Source: Armatimonadota bacterium
Lineage (GTDB): Bacteria; Armatimonadota; Fimbriimonadia; Fimbriimonadales; GBS-DC
Assembly: GCA_013359125.1 (NCBI GenBank)
Contig: JABWCR010000004.1
Location: 84,607 to 148,606 of the forward strand
Length of the DNA stretch: 64,000 bases
Direction of reading: 5' to 3'
Notes under the pieces: generated by a model
What the model saw: the letters and a program-made list of their open reading frames with translations, nothing else
Database searches by the model: none
What the model was told of the DNA's origin: nothing
Shown: in pieces, positions 1 to 9,182 of the stretch
Position numbering within the stretch: the stretch's first letter is position 1
How the letters are laid out: each line of letters begins with the position of its first letter
Made by a program: the position numbers and the translations under genes

Positions 1-1228
1 GAAAGGCAACTTGCTTTCTGGCAGCACAAATCCAGCGTTGAAGCCCTGCATCGTTCGGGAAGAGTTCCAATACGGCGTCGTCGAGCGCGGCTATGTCGGC
101 GGGATCGCCCGAGAGCGCTGCCCATCGAAACGGCCCTTTGCCTTCACAGAACAGCGGGCGAATATAGGCGGGCACAAATCCAGGAAAGGAAAATGCCTGG
201 GCGAACCCAGCGTTAAGGGCTTCCTGCCGAATGTTGTTGCCGTAATCAAAGACGACGGAGCCTCGCTTTTTAAGCTCGACCATTGCCTTAACATGAGTCG
301 CGATCGATTGGGACGCCAGCTCTAGGTACTTCTTTGGGTTCGATCTTCGGAGTTCGGCGGCTTGTGCTACATCGTAACCGGAAGGCACATAGCCATTGAG
401 CGGATCGTGTGCGGCGGTTTGATCGGTAACGATGTCTGGAACGACGCCTCGAGCCAACAGTTCTGGCAGAACGTCCGCTGCGTTGCCCAATAGAGCGATA
501 CTTTTGGGTTCTCCGGCTTCGCACGACTGGCGCGCGATGGCGATCGCTTCGTCAATGTCTGAAGTCCACTCGTCGCAATAGCGGGTCTCGATTCTGCGCT
601 GGATACGGCTGGGATCGACCTCGATGCAGAGCGCGACGCCTTCGTTCATAGTGATCGCCAAGGGTTGGGCGCCGCCCATGCCGCCTAATCCTGCTGTAAC
701 GCACAGTTTGCCCCTTAAAGTGGCAGAAAACTCTTGCTTGGCTAACGCGCCAAAGGTTTCGTAAGTGCCCTGCAGGATGCCTTGCGAACCGATGTATATC
801 CAACTTCCGGCGGTCATCTGGCCGTACATCATGAGACCCTGTTGGTCGAGCTCCCGGAACTTTTCCCAAGTCGCCCATGCCGGAACGAGATTGGAGTTGG
901 CGATCAATACCCTTGGAGCGTTGGAATGAGAGGGAAGAATGCCAACCGGCTTGCCCGATTGGACAAGCAGAGTCTCGTCGTCGTTCAATTCCATCAAACT
1001 GCGTGCAATGGCGCGCAGGCATTCCCAATTGCGGGCCGCCTTGCCCAAGCCGCCGTAGACGATGAGGTCGTCCGGTTTTTCGGCGACTTCTGGGTCGAGG
1101 TTGTTCAAGAGCATCCGGAGCGCGGCTTCCTGAATCCAACCTTTGCAGTTCAGCTGGGTTCCAATGGGCGCGGACAACGGAACAGGGCCATGGGAAGAAA
1201 GCAGGCGGTCGATAACGGCATCAGGCAT
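1..1228 (-). CDS. hutU: urocanate hydratase, 3'-truncated by the window edge. Absent from the supplied ORF track because it has no in-window stop.
   Basis: Own translation of the minus strand from the ATG (complement of 1226-1228): [18 protein letters not shown]...[16 protein letters not shown]...[27 protein letters not shown]...[19 protein letters not shown]...[11 protein letters not shown]. The frame stays open to nt 1. These are typical urocanase motifs. Confidence 0.85.
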   Translation of the reverse strand, partial: MPDAVIDRLLSSHGPVPLSAPIGTQLNCKGWIQEAALRMLLNNLDPEVAEKPDDLIVYGGLGKAARNWECLRAIARSLMELNDDETLLVQSGKPVGILPSHSNAPRVLIANSNLVPAWATWEKFRELDQQGLMMYGQMTAGSWIYIGSQGILQGTYETFGALAKQEFSATLRGKLCVTAGLGGMGGAQPLAITMNEGVALCIEVDPSRIQRRIETRYCDEWTSDIDEAIAIARQSCEAGEPKSIALLGNAADVLPELLARGVVPDIVTDQTAAHDPLNGYVPSGYDVAQAAELRRSNPKKYLELASQSIATHVKAMVELKKRGSVVFDYGNNIRQEALNAGFAQAFSFPGFVPAYIRPLFCEGKGPFRWAALSGDPADIAALDDAVLELFPNDAGLQRWICAARKQVAF

Positions 1229-1264
1229 AAGAATAGGATACCCTTGGGTATTCTTGTTAGGCCG

Positions 1265-1708
1265 ATGTTCGACCCTTCCAAATTGCGAATTCCGATTGTT
1301 GCTAGCCGCTACAACGGCGTCGTAACCGAGCCGATGGCGGCGGCAGCCCAACAAACCTTGATCGAAGCGGGCGTATTGCCAGAGAACGCGCCTGTTTTCT
1401 GGGTTTCAGGAGCATGGGAGATCCCGTTTGCCGTCCGCGAAGCCAAAGGCGACGGGGCAGTCTGTATTGGCGCGGTCCTGGACGGCGAGACGCGACATGC
1501 GGAATTCATTTGTAGCACAGTTTTGAGTTCGCTACAGCGCATAAAGCGACCGATCGGTTTGGGCATTTTGACCTGTTTGACGTTGGAGCAGGCGATGGAG
1601 CGAGCCGGCGGATTGCACGGCAACAAGGGCGCCGAGGCCGCCCAGGCGGTTTTGGACTTGATCAAGACTTGTGAGGAGATAGCAGAGTGGCGCGATACCA
1701 AGATATAG
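1265..1708 (+). CDS. ribH: 6,7-dimethyl-8-ribityllumazine synthase
   Basis: Internal ATG at 1265 of track ORF 782..1708. From there the sequence reads [22 protein letters not shown]...SGAWEIPFA...[14 protein letters not shown]...[17 protein letters not shown], which is lumazine-synthase-like. The upstream part of the track ORF overlaps hutU on the opposite strand. Confidence 0.85.
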   Translation: MFDPSKLRIPIVASRYNGVVTEPMAAAAQQTLIEAGVLPENAPVFWVSGAWEIPFAVREAKGDGAVCIGAVLDGETRHAEFICSTVLSSLQRIKRPIGLGILTCLTLEQAMERAGGLHGNKGAEAAQAVLDLIKTCEEIAEWRDTKI

Positions 1709-2157
1709 TTGCGATGGAGACTCTCGGCGCGGCGAAGTACCTGTCGAAACTGACGCGAGAGATGCCGGAGGAGAGATTGGGTTGGACGCCCTTAGGCGAA
1801 GGTCGGAGCGCGCTTCACCAGGTGGCCGAGTGCGCGGTGGTGGCGGATTGGGTTGCGAACGTCATCGAGAGGCGATCGACCGACTTTCTGCCCAAAGATC
1901 TATTCGGCGAGCTGAACAAGGAGGCCTCTTCGGTACAGGATGTAAAGGAAGCGGTTTCGAGGTTGATCGAAAACACAGGGCGATATGTGCGCTTGGTAAA
2001 GGAGTTTCCAGACGAGGAATTGGACAACGTCGTGCCCATGTGGACAGGCGATCAACCGATGTGGCGCGTGCTCAATTGGCACTATCGAAACATGATGTAT
2101 CACATCGGCCAGATCAACTACATTCAAACGCTGTACGGCGATAAGGAGATGCGCTAG
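1687..2157 (+). CDS. DinB-family (DUF664-like) four-helix-bundle protein
   Basis: 156-aa ORF with a ...WHYRNMMYHIGQINYIQTLYG C-terminus typical of the DinB superfamily. The start could instead be the Met at 1714. Confidence 0.55.
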   Translation: MARYQDIVAMETLGAAKYLSKLTREMPEERLGWTPLGEGRSALHQVAECAVVADWVANVIERRSTDFLPKDLFGELNKEASSVQDVKEAVSRLIENTGRYVRLVKEFPDEELDNVVPMWTGDQPMWRVLNWHYRNMMYHIGQINYIQTLYGDKEMR

Positions 2158-2747
2158 GCTTTGTCTGTTGCATAGAGTTCCAGTTCCATATTATAGAACT
2201 GGGTGGTCAGACCTAACAGCCTCATGCCCAGCCGCAGGGCGACGCGCTTGGACGGCTCGTTGAGAGGGTGGACGATCGCGTAGATTCGGTCTAATCCAAG
2301 GTCGCCGAAGCCATAGTCGAGCAGCGCTTTGCCCGCTTCCGTCGCATATCCTTGACCCCAGCAGTCGCTTCGCAAGTGCCAGCCCACCTCGATCCAATCG
2401 GAGTTGGGCAACGGTTTCAAAATGCCCGAGCCGACGATCTGGCCGTCGTCTTTGCGGATTAGCTTGCAGAAGCCATAGCCCGGCAGCACTTCCATGGCCT
2501 TGCATCGATCGGTCAATCGTTGATGCTGTTCTTCTAAAGTCTCGATAGGCTGGCCCTGCATGGGCGCCATGACTTGCGGGTCGCCGTAGATTTGGAAGGC
2601 GGCCTCGACATCTTCGGGAGTCCAGTCCGCAATCAGCAGACGCTCGGTCTCTAACGTTTTATCGATCAAGATCCGTATCCGCCTTTGTGCCTGCCGCCGC
2701 GCATTACGTGGAAGACGTGAAAGATAGCGGGGAAGAGCGCTTCGCAA
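2154..2747 (-). CDS. GNAT-family N-acetyltransferase (RimJ/RimL-like); start uncertain
   Basis: LETERLLI...WHLRSDCWGQGYATEAGKALLDYGF...RIYAIVHPLNEPSKRVALRLGM is a GNAT acetyl-CoA-binding pattern. The annotated 5' end overlaps the moaC/moaB stop by about 80 nt. A TTG at 2669, overlapping the upstream TGA, is a plausible real start. Confidence 0.7.
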   Translation of the reverse strand: MRSALPRYLSRLPRNARRQAQRRIRILIDKTLETERLLIADWTPEDVEAAFQIYGDPQVMAPMQGQPIETLEEQHQRLTDRCKAMEVLPGYGFCKLIRKDDGQIVGSGILKPLPNSDWIEVGWHLRSDCWGQGYATEAGKALLDYGFGDLGLDRIYAIVHPLNEPSKRVALRLGMRLLGLTTQFYNMELELYATDKA

Positions 2748-3589
2748 CTTTGGCGGGCTCCTTTTGTGCTTCCCGGTAGCGCGACGATCAGACTGCCGCC
2801 AGACATGCCGGCTATCCCTCGAGAGAGCATGGCATAGGGTGTGCGTCGTTGGCCGTACGCCCGCGAAGCCTCCGATATGCCCGGAATTTCGCGGTCGATC
2901 ATTTCTCTTAAGGCCTCAACCGTCTTATCCCGAGCCGACAAACCGGTTCCGCCGACTGCAAGGATCAGGTCAAATCCGTGCTCTTTTGCCCAGCCGATTC
3001 TTTCGCGCAACAGGTCTGGTTCGTCAGGCAAAATCTCGTAGTGTTGCTCGCCGACATTTGGAGACTGTAGGAATTCCATTGCCGCTTTGCCTGCGCGATC
3101 CTCCTTTTTGCCCGCGGCTATAGTGTCGGAAAGCACGAACACAGCCGCCTTGATCGGGGGATCGAGCACGGCTTTGAAGTCGCTCTTGCCGCCAGACTTT
3201 TCTAAGAGCCGTATTGATTGGATCTCAATATTCTCGGTGTGCGGTTTGAGCATGTCGTAGAGGGTGAGCGCAGCGACGGAGGCTGCCGTCAGGGCTTCCA
3301 TCTCGACGCCGGTAACCGCGATAGTCTTGACGCGGGCGCGAATAGCCAGCCCTGGCGACTCGAATTCGTACTCGACGTTCGCATAGGTGATGGGCAGAGG
3401 GTGGCAGAAGGGGATGATCGAGGGCGAGTTTTTGGCCGCCATCACTCCGGCAACGCGCGCGCATTCCAACGCGTCGCCTTTGTCCGTTGCGCGCCTTTTC
3501 AAAAGGTCGATTGCTTCCGAATCAAGGCTCATTCGCGCCTCGGCGACGGCTTCGCGCAAGGTCTCGTATTTGTTGGTAACGTCCTTCAT
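2666..3589 (-). CDS. moaC: bifunctional MoaC (cyclic pyranopterin monophosphate synthase) / MoaB-MogA-like molybdopterin-binding fusion protein
   Basis: The N-terminal half (...DKGDALECARVAGVMAAKNSPSIIPFCHPLPI...VTGVEMEALTAASVAALTLYDM) is MoaC. The C-terminal half (VLSDT...LILAVGGTGLSARDKTVEAL...LPGSTKGARQSCE) is a MoaB/MogA fold. Confidence 0.85.
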   Translation of the reverse strand: MKDVTNKYETLREAVAEARMSLDSEAIDLLKRRATDKGDALECARVAGVMAAKNSPSIIPFCHPLPITYANVEYEFESPGLAIRARVKTIAVTGVEMEALTAASVAALTLYDMLKPHTENIEIQSIRLLEKSGGKSDFKAVLDPPIKAAVFVLSDTIAAGKKEDRAGKAAMEFLQSPNVGEQHYEILPDEPDLLRERIGWAKEHGFDLILAVGGTGLSARDKTVEALREMIDREIPGISEASRAYGQRRTPYAMLSRGIAGMSGGSLIVALPGSTKGARQSCEALFPAIFHVFHVMRGGRHKGGYGS

Positions 3590-3590
3590 G

Positions 3591-4586
3591 CTAACCGCCC
3601 ATCACATGCATGGGCAACGGTTTGAGCGACGAACGGCTGTTAAGAGCGACGAAACCCTCCCATTTGGCATAGATCGCAACCCTGGCTATTTCGATAATCT
3701 CCTCGTCGGAAGCGCCGTCGCGCATGGCGTCGCGAAGGTTTGGGCCTCCGGGAGAGAAGAGACACGGCAAAAGCACGCCGTCGCTGGTGATTCTCACTCG
3801 ATCGCACTGGTCGCAGAAGGGGTTGGAGATCGTGGATATGATGCCCAGAAGGGGCTTGCCATTGAGCAAATAGCCCCGCGCAGGATCGGACGGATCGCCT
3901 GCTGAAAGCCGGATGTCGAAGGCTTTGCGACCCTCGGCTAGGATGTCGGATTCGGTTATCGTCAGTTTTGGCTGCCATAGGCCGCGTCCGTCCAATGGCA
4001 TGAATTCGATGAAACGTAGCACAATTTCTTGCTCAAACGCCCATTGCATCAAGGGCAGAATCTGATCTTCGTTCATGTCGCGGATAGCGACCGCGTTCAC
4101 CTTGACCTTAAGCCCAGCATGGCGAGACGCCTCAATGCCGTCCATTACCTGCCTCAGGTCGCCCCCGCCCGTGATGCTGCGAAAACGGTCCGCATCGACC
4201 GCATCCATGCTGACGTTGACATCGTCCAGGCCAGCGCTCTTGAGGCTCGGCGCCATGTGTCCCAGTCGAACACCATTGCTGGTTAGAGAGACGCGCTCCA
4301 ATCCATCGGCGCGTAGCGGTTGGAGCATCTCGATAAGCGTCGCGAGCCCAGATCGCAAGGTTGGCTCGCCGCCCGTTAGTCGAATGCGACGTATGCCTAA
4401 CCTCCGAACAAAGATGGAAGCCAATCGAGCCATCTCTTCAAGGGTCAGCACCTCTTCCCTTGGCTTCCACACCGGTTCTTCGGGCATACAGTAGATGCAC
4501 CGATAGTTGCAACGATCGGTAACCGAGAGCCTGAGCTTACGCTTCACTCGACCGAACTGATCGACCAACGGGGCGTCGTTTTGCAT
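3591..4586 (-). CDS. moaA: GTP 3',8-cyclase (radical SAM, molybdenum cofactor biosynthesis)
   Basis: LRLSVTDRCNYRCIYCMPEE is a CxxxCxxC radical-SAM motif. The C-terminal NPFCDQCDRVRITSDG motif fits the second cluster. I chose the internal Met at 4586 (MQNDAPLVDQFGR...) because the longer track ORF would run into the divergent gene at 4661. Confidence 0.9.
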   Translation of the reverse strand: MQNDAPLVDQFGRVKRKLRLSVTDRCNYRCIYCMPEEPVWKPREEVLTLEEMARLASIFVRRLGIRRIRLTGGEPTLRSGLATLIEMLQPLRADGLERVSLTSNGVRLGHMAPSLKSAGLDDVNVSMDAVDADRFRSITGGGDLRQVMDGIEASRHAGLKVKVNAVAIRDMNEDQILPLMQWAFEQEIVLRFIEFMPLDGRGLWQPKLTITESDILAEGRKAFDIRLSAGDPSDPARGYLLNGKPLLGIISTISNPFCDQCDRVRITSDGVLLPCLFSPGGPNLRDAMRDGASDEEIIEIARVAIYAKWEGFVALNSRSSLKPLPMHVMGG

Positions 4587-4599
4587 GGTTCGCTGTAGG

Positions 4600-4634
4600 A
4601 TTATACCGGCGTTTAGCGGCAGGAGGAACGGATC
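4600..4634 (-). promoter_or_regulatory. candidate promoter for moaA in the 74-bp divergent intergenic region
   Basis: A perfect TATAAT on the minus strand (complement of 4600-4605) sits only about 14 nt upstream of the moaA ATG, implying a very short leader. The -35 element is weak. Confidence 0.3.
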
Positions 4635-4660
4635 GCGCGAAGAATTGGACGCTTGTAACC

Positions 4661-6433
4661 ATGTTAGACACATTGCCAAAGGCGCTGTTCCAGAGCATCG
4701 ACCAGTATGGCGATAAGCCGGCTTTGATGTATCGCGAGGGCAAGGAGTTTGTGCCCATCTCTTATCGACAGTTGGGCGAGCGGGTTTATCGGTGCGCGGC
4801 GGGTCTGTGGGCGTTGGACGTTCGGCCAGGCGATCGCATTTGCATCTTGTCGGATAACTGCCCCGAATGGGCGATCGCCGATTGGGCCAGCATCTGCCTT
4901 GGGGCCATCAGCGCGCCGATCTATCCGACTTTGACTTCGGCACAGGCAGCCGAGATACTGGCGGACGCGGAACCAAAGGTCGTCTTTGCCCGAGACGACA
5001 AGCAGATCAACAAACTCCACGAAGCTTTCAAGATATTGAAGTTTGGCGCCAGGATCGTCAGCTTCGAGAAGAACTCCTCGACCGACGCAGTAACGTTAGA
5101 GCAGCTGAGCGGTATGGCTTCTGATTTGGACGAGGCGACGTTTCGTCGTCGCGCTTTGGAGATCGCTCCGAGCGAGATCGCAACGTTTATCTATACGAGC
5201 GGAACAACCGGCGAACCGAAAGGCGCGATGCTGTCGCACAGCAACCTCATGTCGAATATTGAAGCCTCGTTGCAAGTGTTGCCGGTCGACCATAACGACA
5301 CGCTGTTGTCCTTCCTGCCGCTGAGCCATGTGTTCGAGCGGATGGCCGGGCACTTTTTGGCGATGCGCATAGGAGCAACTGTCGCGTATGCGGAGAGCAT
5401 GTTCACGCTGTCCAGCGACATGTTGTCGGTGCGACCGACCGCAATGCTCGCAGTGCCTCGATTCTACGGGTCGATAATGGACCGAATTCTTTCGTCGGTT
5501 GCCGATTCGCCCGGCTTGCGCAAGGCGCTTTTTTACCGTGCTTTGGAAGTTGGCAAGCAGTACTCGGAGCAGTGGCGCAATGGGCAGCACACCCCGTTTT
5601 TCTTGGGCCTTCAGCACAAGTTGCTGGACAAACTTGTGGGCGAGAAGATTCGGGCGCGCACGGGCGGGCGCATACGATTCTTTGCATCGGGCGGGGCTGC
5701 TCTGCCTCGCGATGTGGCCGAGTTCTTTCACGCGTTCGGCCTGCTGATCGTAGAGGGGTACGGCTTGACAGAAACCAGCCCGGTCATCACCATCAATACG
5801 GTCGAGGCGCCGCGTTTTGGAACCGTCGGCAAGCCGATTCCTGGAGTAGAGGTGAGAATCGCTGACGATGGCGAGATTCTCTCGCGCGGCCCCCACATTA
5901 TGCGAGGGTATTACAACAAGCCCGAAGCCACTGCCGAGGCGATCGATAAAGACGGTTGGTTCCATACAGGCGATATCGGCGAATTGGACGCCGACGGGTA
6001 CCTGAGAATAACGGATCGTAAAAAGGATCTCCTAGTTTTGGCCAATGGCAAGAACGTCGCGCCGCAACCGATCGAGAATCTCTTGAGATCGAGCGAATTG
6101 ATTCAGGAAGCGGCGCTCTTCGGGGACGGCATGAGTCAGCCGATAGCCTTGATCATCCCTGACTTCGAGCGGATAAAGAAGCATGCGCACGATCATCAGA
6201 TCGTTTTTGCGAACCTACACGAGCTGATAGAAAACGAGCAGATTGAGGCGTTGATCAAGGCCGAGGTGGATCGCGCCAATCGGCAGTTGGCCGACTATCA
6301 GCGAGTCCGTAGATTTCGGCTATTGCCCGAGCCATTCTCCATCGAGACGGGCGAGTTGACCCCGACGCTGAAGGTGAAGCGAAGGGTCGTGCTACAGAAA
6401 TACGCGGCGATTATCAATGAGATGGCTTCATAG
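4661..6433 (+). CDS. long-chain acyl-CoA synthetase / AMP-dependent ligase
   Basis: The AMP-binding signature YTSGTTGEPKGAMLSH is present, along with GYGLTETSP and TGDIGELDADGYLRITDRKKD motifs. Confidence 0.8.
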   Translation: MLDTLPKALFQSIDQYGDKPALMYREGKEFVPISYRQLGERVYRCAAGLWALDVRPGDRICILSDNCPEWAIADWASICLGAISAPIYPTLTSAQAAEILADAEPKVVFARDDKQINKLHEAFKILKFGARIVSFEKNSSTDAVTLEQLSGMASDLDEATFRRRALEIAPSEIATFIYTSGTTGEPKGAMLSHSNLMSNIEASLQVLPVDHNDTLLSFLPLSHVFERMAGHFLAMRIGATVAYAESMFTLSSDMLSVRPTAMLAVPRFYGSIMDRILSSVADSPGLRKALFYRALEVGKQYSEQWRNGQHTPFFLGLQHKLLDKLVGEKIRARTGGRIRFFASGGAALPRDVAEFFHAFGLLIVEGYGLTETSPVITINTVEAPRFGTVGKPIPGVEVRIADDGEILSRGPHIMRGYYNKPEATAEAIDKDGWFHTGDIGELDADGYLRITDRKKDLLVLANGKNVAPQPIENLLRSSELIQEAALFGDGMSQPIALIIPDFERIKKHAHDHQIVFANLHELIENEQIEALIKAEVDRANRQLADYQRVRRFRLLPEPFSIETGELTPTLKVKRRVVLQKYAAIINEMAS

Positions 6434-6435
6434 AG

Positions 6436-7602
6436 ATGTCCCAACGCATTCCAACCGGTCCTGAGCGTCAGCAGCAGATCTACCAGGCTGGCGCAATGGG
6501 ACGCAAGCCAACAATCCCCCTTTCGTACTCAGATCTGGAAGCTTTGGCAAAGTCAAAGCTGCCTCAAGAGGCCTACGACTACGTAGCGGGTGGCGCGGGT
6601 TCGGAAAACACGATGGCAACAAACTTAGCGGCGTTTGACAGATGGCGAATCGTGCCTCGAATGATGCGCAATGTGGAGCGCAGGGATATGGCAGTCGAGT
6701 TGGGCGGGCGCAATATGCCGGCGCCAATCCTGCTAGCGCCCGTGGGCGTTCTGGGGATCGTTCATCCTGACGCCGAACTAGCCGTCGCGCGGGCTTGCAA
6801 GGCGCTTGGTCTCACGATGATTCTGAGCACGCTCAGTTCGTTTACTTTGGAGAACGTCGCCGAGCTAGCGGCTCATCGCTGGTTCCAGTTGTATTGGAGC
6901 AACGACCAGGACATCGCGGCAAGCATGGTAGCCCGTGCAGAGGCCGCTGGTTTCGAGGCTCTAGTTGTTACTCTCGACACCCCGATCATTGGATGGCGCG
7001 AACGCGACCTGCAGAACGCCTACTTGCCTTTCTTGCAGGGCAAAGGATTGGCGAACTACTTTACCGATCCGGCGTTCTTGAAACCACTCAGCAAGTCGCC
7101 CGAAGAAGAGTTGCTGCCGGCGGTTATGCGATTTGCTCAGGTTTTCGGCAACACGGCTCTCACATGGTCCGACTTGGCATTTTTGAGGGGAAGAACCAAG
7201 CTCCCAATTTGGGTGAAGGGCATTCAGGCCGAGGAGGACGCACGGCTGGCCATCGACCATGGAGCAAACGGCATTATCGTGTCGAATCATGGAGGCAGGC
7301 AAGTGGACGGCGCGATCGGATCTCTAACTGCGTTGCCACCGATTGTCGAGGCGGTCAAGGACCGAGTCCCCATACTGTTCGACAGCGGCATCCGGCGCGG
7401 CGCAGATATATTCAAGGCCGTTGCATTAGGCGCAAACGCCGTGCTGGTTGGACGTCCTTATACTTGGGGCTTGGCGGTCGGCGGGGAGACCGGGGTTCGA
7501 GAGGTCCTCTTGAATCTGATCTGCGATCTAGACCTGACGATGGGATTGTCGGGATGCGCAACCCTGCGCGATGTGAAGGCGGATAGGCTTCATGCCGTAT
7601 GA
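6436..7602 (+). CDS. FMN-dependent alpha-hydroxy-acid oxidase/dehydrogenase (lactate 2-monooxygenase / LldD-like)
   Basis: AYDYVAGGAGSENT...FDRWRIVPRMMRNV...VSNHGGRQVDGAIGS...FDSGIRRGADIFKALALGA-type motifs are characteristic of the glycolate oxidase family. Confidence 0.8.
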   Translation: MSQRIPTGPERQQQIYQAGAMGRKPTIPLSYSDLEALAKSKLPQEAYDYVAGGAGSENTMATNLAAFDRWRIVPRMMRNVERRDMAVELGGRNMPAPILLAPVGVLGIVHPDAELAVARACKALGLTMILSTLSSFTLENVAELAAHRWFQLYWSNDQDIAASMVARAEAAGFEALVVTLDTPIIGWRERDLQNAYLPFLQGKGLANYFTDPAFLKPLSKSPEEELLPAVMRFAQVFGNTALTWSDLAFLRGRTKLPIWVKGIQAEEDARLAIDHGANGIIVSNHGGRQVDGAIGSLTALPPIVEAVKDRVPILFDSGIRRGADIFKAVALGANAVLVGRPYTWGLAVGGETGVREVLLNLICDLDLTMGLSGCATLRDVKADRLHAV

Positions 7603-8257
7603 GCCTCTTCCATATCGCCCGCCAAGACGATCTCTCGAAGATGCGCGCAGGGAGCTCGACGAAAACTTTCAAATCATGGCGAGTCGTCGAAGCGTGCGCA
7701 TGTTCTCGTCCGATCCAGTTCCCAAGGATATCATCGAGACGGCCATTCGCATAGCCGGCACTGCGCCAAGCGGAGCCAATCGGCAACCGTGGCAATTTGT
7801 AGCGATTAGCAATCCAGAGGTGAAGCAGAGGATTCGGCAGGCAGCCGAGGAGGCTGAACAAGAGTTCTATCTGCGAAAGGCGCCCAAAGAGTGGCTCGAT
7901 GCGCTGGAGCCCCTGGGTACCGATTTTGTCAAGGAACACATTACGGCTGCTCCGTGGCTAATCGTCGTCTTCCGGGTAGATTACGTCGAACTAGGGGATG
8001 GCGGGCGATCGAAGAACTACTATGTGCCCGAGTCGGTGGGGATCGCAACGGGCTTCCTGATTCAGGCCCTGCATAGGGCAGGCTTGGCGACGCTGACCCA
8101 CACTCCAGCCCCGATGACGTTCTTGAGGGAAATCTGTGGTCGGCCGCTCAACGAGAAACCGTATCTATTGATGCCGGTCGGCTACCCAGCAGACGATTGC
8201 ACGGCGCCCAACGTATCGCGCAAGGCGTTGGCAGAGATTTTTGAAGCGATCGAATAA
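7592..8257 (+). CDS. nitroreductase-superfamily flavoprotein (iodotyrosine-deiodinase-like subgroup)
   Basis: SRRSVRMFSSDPVPKDIIETAIRIAGTAPSGANRQPWQFVAISNPEVKQRIR closely resembles the IYD/nitroreductase N-terminal core. The gene overlaps the upstream gene by 11 nt. Confidence 0.7.
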   Translation: MPYEPLPYRPPRRSLEDARRELDENFQIMASRRSVRMFSSDPVPKDIIETAIRIAGTAPSGANRQPWQFVAISNPEVKQRIRQAAEEAEQEFYLRKAPKEWLDALEPLGTDFVKEHITAAPWLIVVFRVDYVELGDGGRSKNYYVPESVGIATGFLIQALHRAGLATLTHTPAPMTFLREICGRPLNEKPYLLMPVGYPADDCTAPNVSRKALAEIFEAIE

Positions 8258-8376
8258 CTGAGCCTGTCCATTTTACCGTTCTTTGGCCAATCTGAAGCAG
8301 TTACTGGGCAGATAGGCACGAGTTTTGCCACGATGAGATAGAGCCAGAAAACTCATATTCTCAACGGAGGCAGAAC

Positions 8377-9006
8377 ATGTTTAACCTAAAGACCGTTGCC
8401 GTGATCGCTCTTGCTTCGACCGCTCTCTTTATGGGCAGTCAGCGAGCCGAAGCGATCATCATTTTCAACTTTGACACCGTATACACGGGATTTACGCCGG
8501 ACGGCCCGCCTGCTTGGGCAACCTTGACGATCGTCGATTTTGCAGCAGACGAAGTCAAGATGACCTTGTCTGCGAACTGGGACGGCTCGCTCTACCCGGC
8601 ACAGTTCATACGAGACCTTTATTTGAACATTAGCCCCTTCCTAAACGCTACGCTGGTCTCTGGCAGCGTGTCTGGTCCTGCAGTGATCTCTGGCGTTTCG
8701 TCGTCTCTGGATGGCATCAATGGCGGCGCGGGCACATCGTACGACCATCGAGTCGACTTCCAAGTGGCTGGCGGTCCAGGCAGGCTCACTGGCGGCGAGA
8801 CGGTATCCTGGCGCGTTACGGCTCCTGGATTGACCGAAGCGCATTTCCTAGCCACAGAGCCTGGCCAAGGACTGGAAGCTGGAATGCATATTCAGGGCAT
8901 CACGGGCGGCCTGTCGGGTCACGTTACAACCCCCGAGCCGGCCAGTTTGTTCGGCATCGCATCGGGACTGATTGCTCTGGCGAGAGCGCGTCGCAATCGA
9001 AAGTAA
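8377..9006 (+). CDS. secreted PEP-CTERM-anchored protein (paralog A)
   Basis: N-terminal signal peptide (ALASTALFMGSQRAEA). The C-terminus TPEPASLFGIASGLIALARARRNRK gives a PEP motif, a TM helix and a basic tail. A GGAGG-like RBS lies upstream. Confidence 0.8.
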   Translation: MFNLKTVAVIALASTALFMGSQRAEAIIIFNFDTVYTGFTPDGPPAWATLTIVDFAADEVKMTLSANWDGSLYPAQFIRDLYLNISPFLNATLVSGSVSGPAVISGVSSSLDGINGGAGTSYDHRVDFQVAGGPGRLTGGETVSWRVTAPGLTEAHFLATEPGQGLEAGMHIQGITGGLSGHVTTPEPASLFGIASGLIALARARRNRK

Positions 9007-9009
9007 ACA

Positions 9010-9047
9010 AAAAAAGGAGCCTTGGGGTCTCTCAAGGCTCCTTTTTT
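9010..9047 (+). terminator. rho-independent terminator (bidirectional shape)
   Basis: The stem pairs GGAGCCTTG (9016-9024) with CAAGGCTCC (9033-9041). It is flanked by an A-run upstream and TTTTTT downstream. Confidence 0.8.
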
Positions 9048-9125
9048 GTGTCTCAGGCCTAGTAGTTTTGCCTGTTTTAGAGGTCGAATCTTGTCCCGGG
9101 AACGTTGCAAGGCAGCGTCATATTC

Positions 9126-9131
9126 TATAAT
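9126..9131 (+). promoter_or_regulatory. candidate -10 element for PEP-CTERM paralog B
   Basis: A perfect TATAAT lies about 50 nt upstream of the ATG at 9183. A TTGCAA-like -35 sits at 15-16 nt spacing. Confidence 0.35.
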
Positions 9132-9182
9132 GCTATAAGGTAGCGTGATTTCGACAATCCGCGCCACAAAAGGAGACAAGAA

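Noticed and set aside
782-1264. N-terminal 161 codons of track ORF 782..1708 (and ORFs 552..1139 and 877..1065)
   Set aside because: This stretch is antisense or out of frame relative to the clearly recognisable hutU coding frame. The composition is Arg/Gly-rich shadow sequence. Genuine lumazine-synthase similarity starts only at the Met at 1265.
4587-4660. Moco riboswitch upstream of moaA
   Set aside because: The whole divergent spacer is 74 bp, with a -10 box about 14 nt from the start codon. That is too short to hold the Moco RNA motif.
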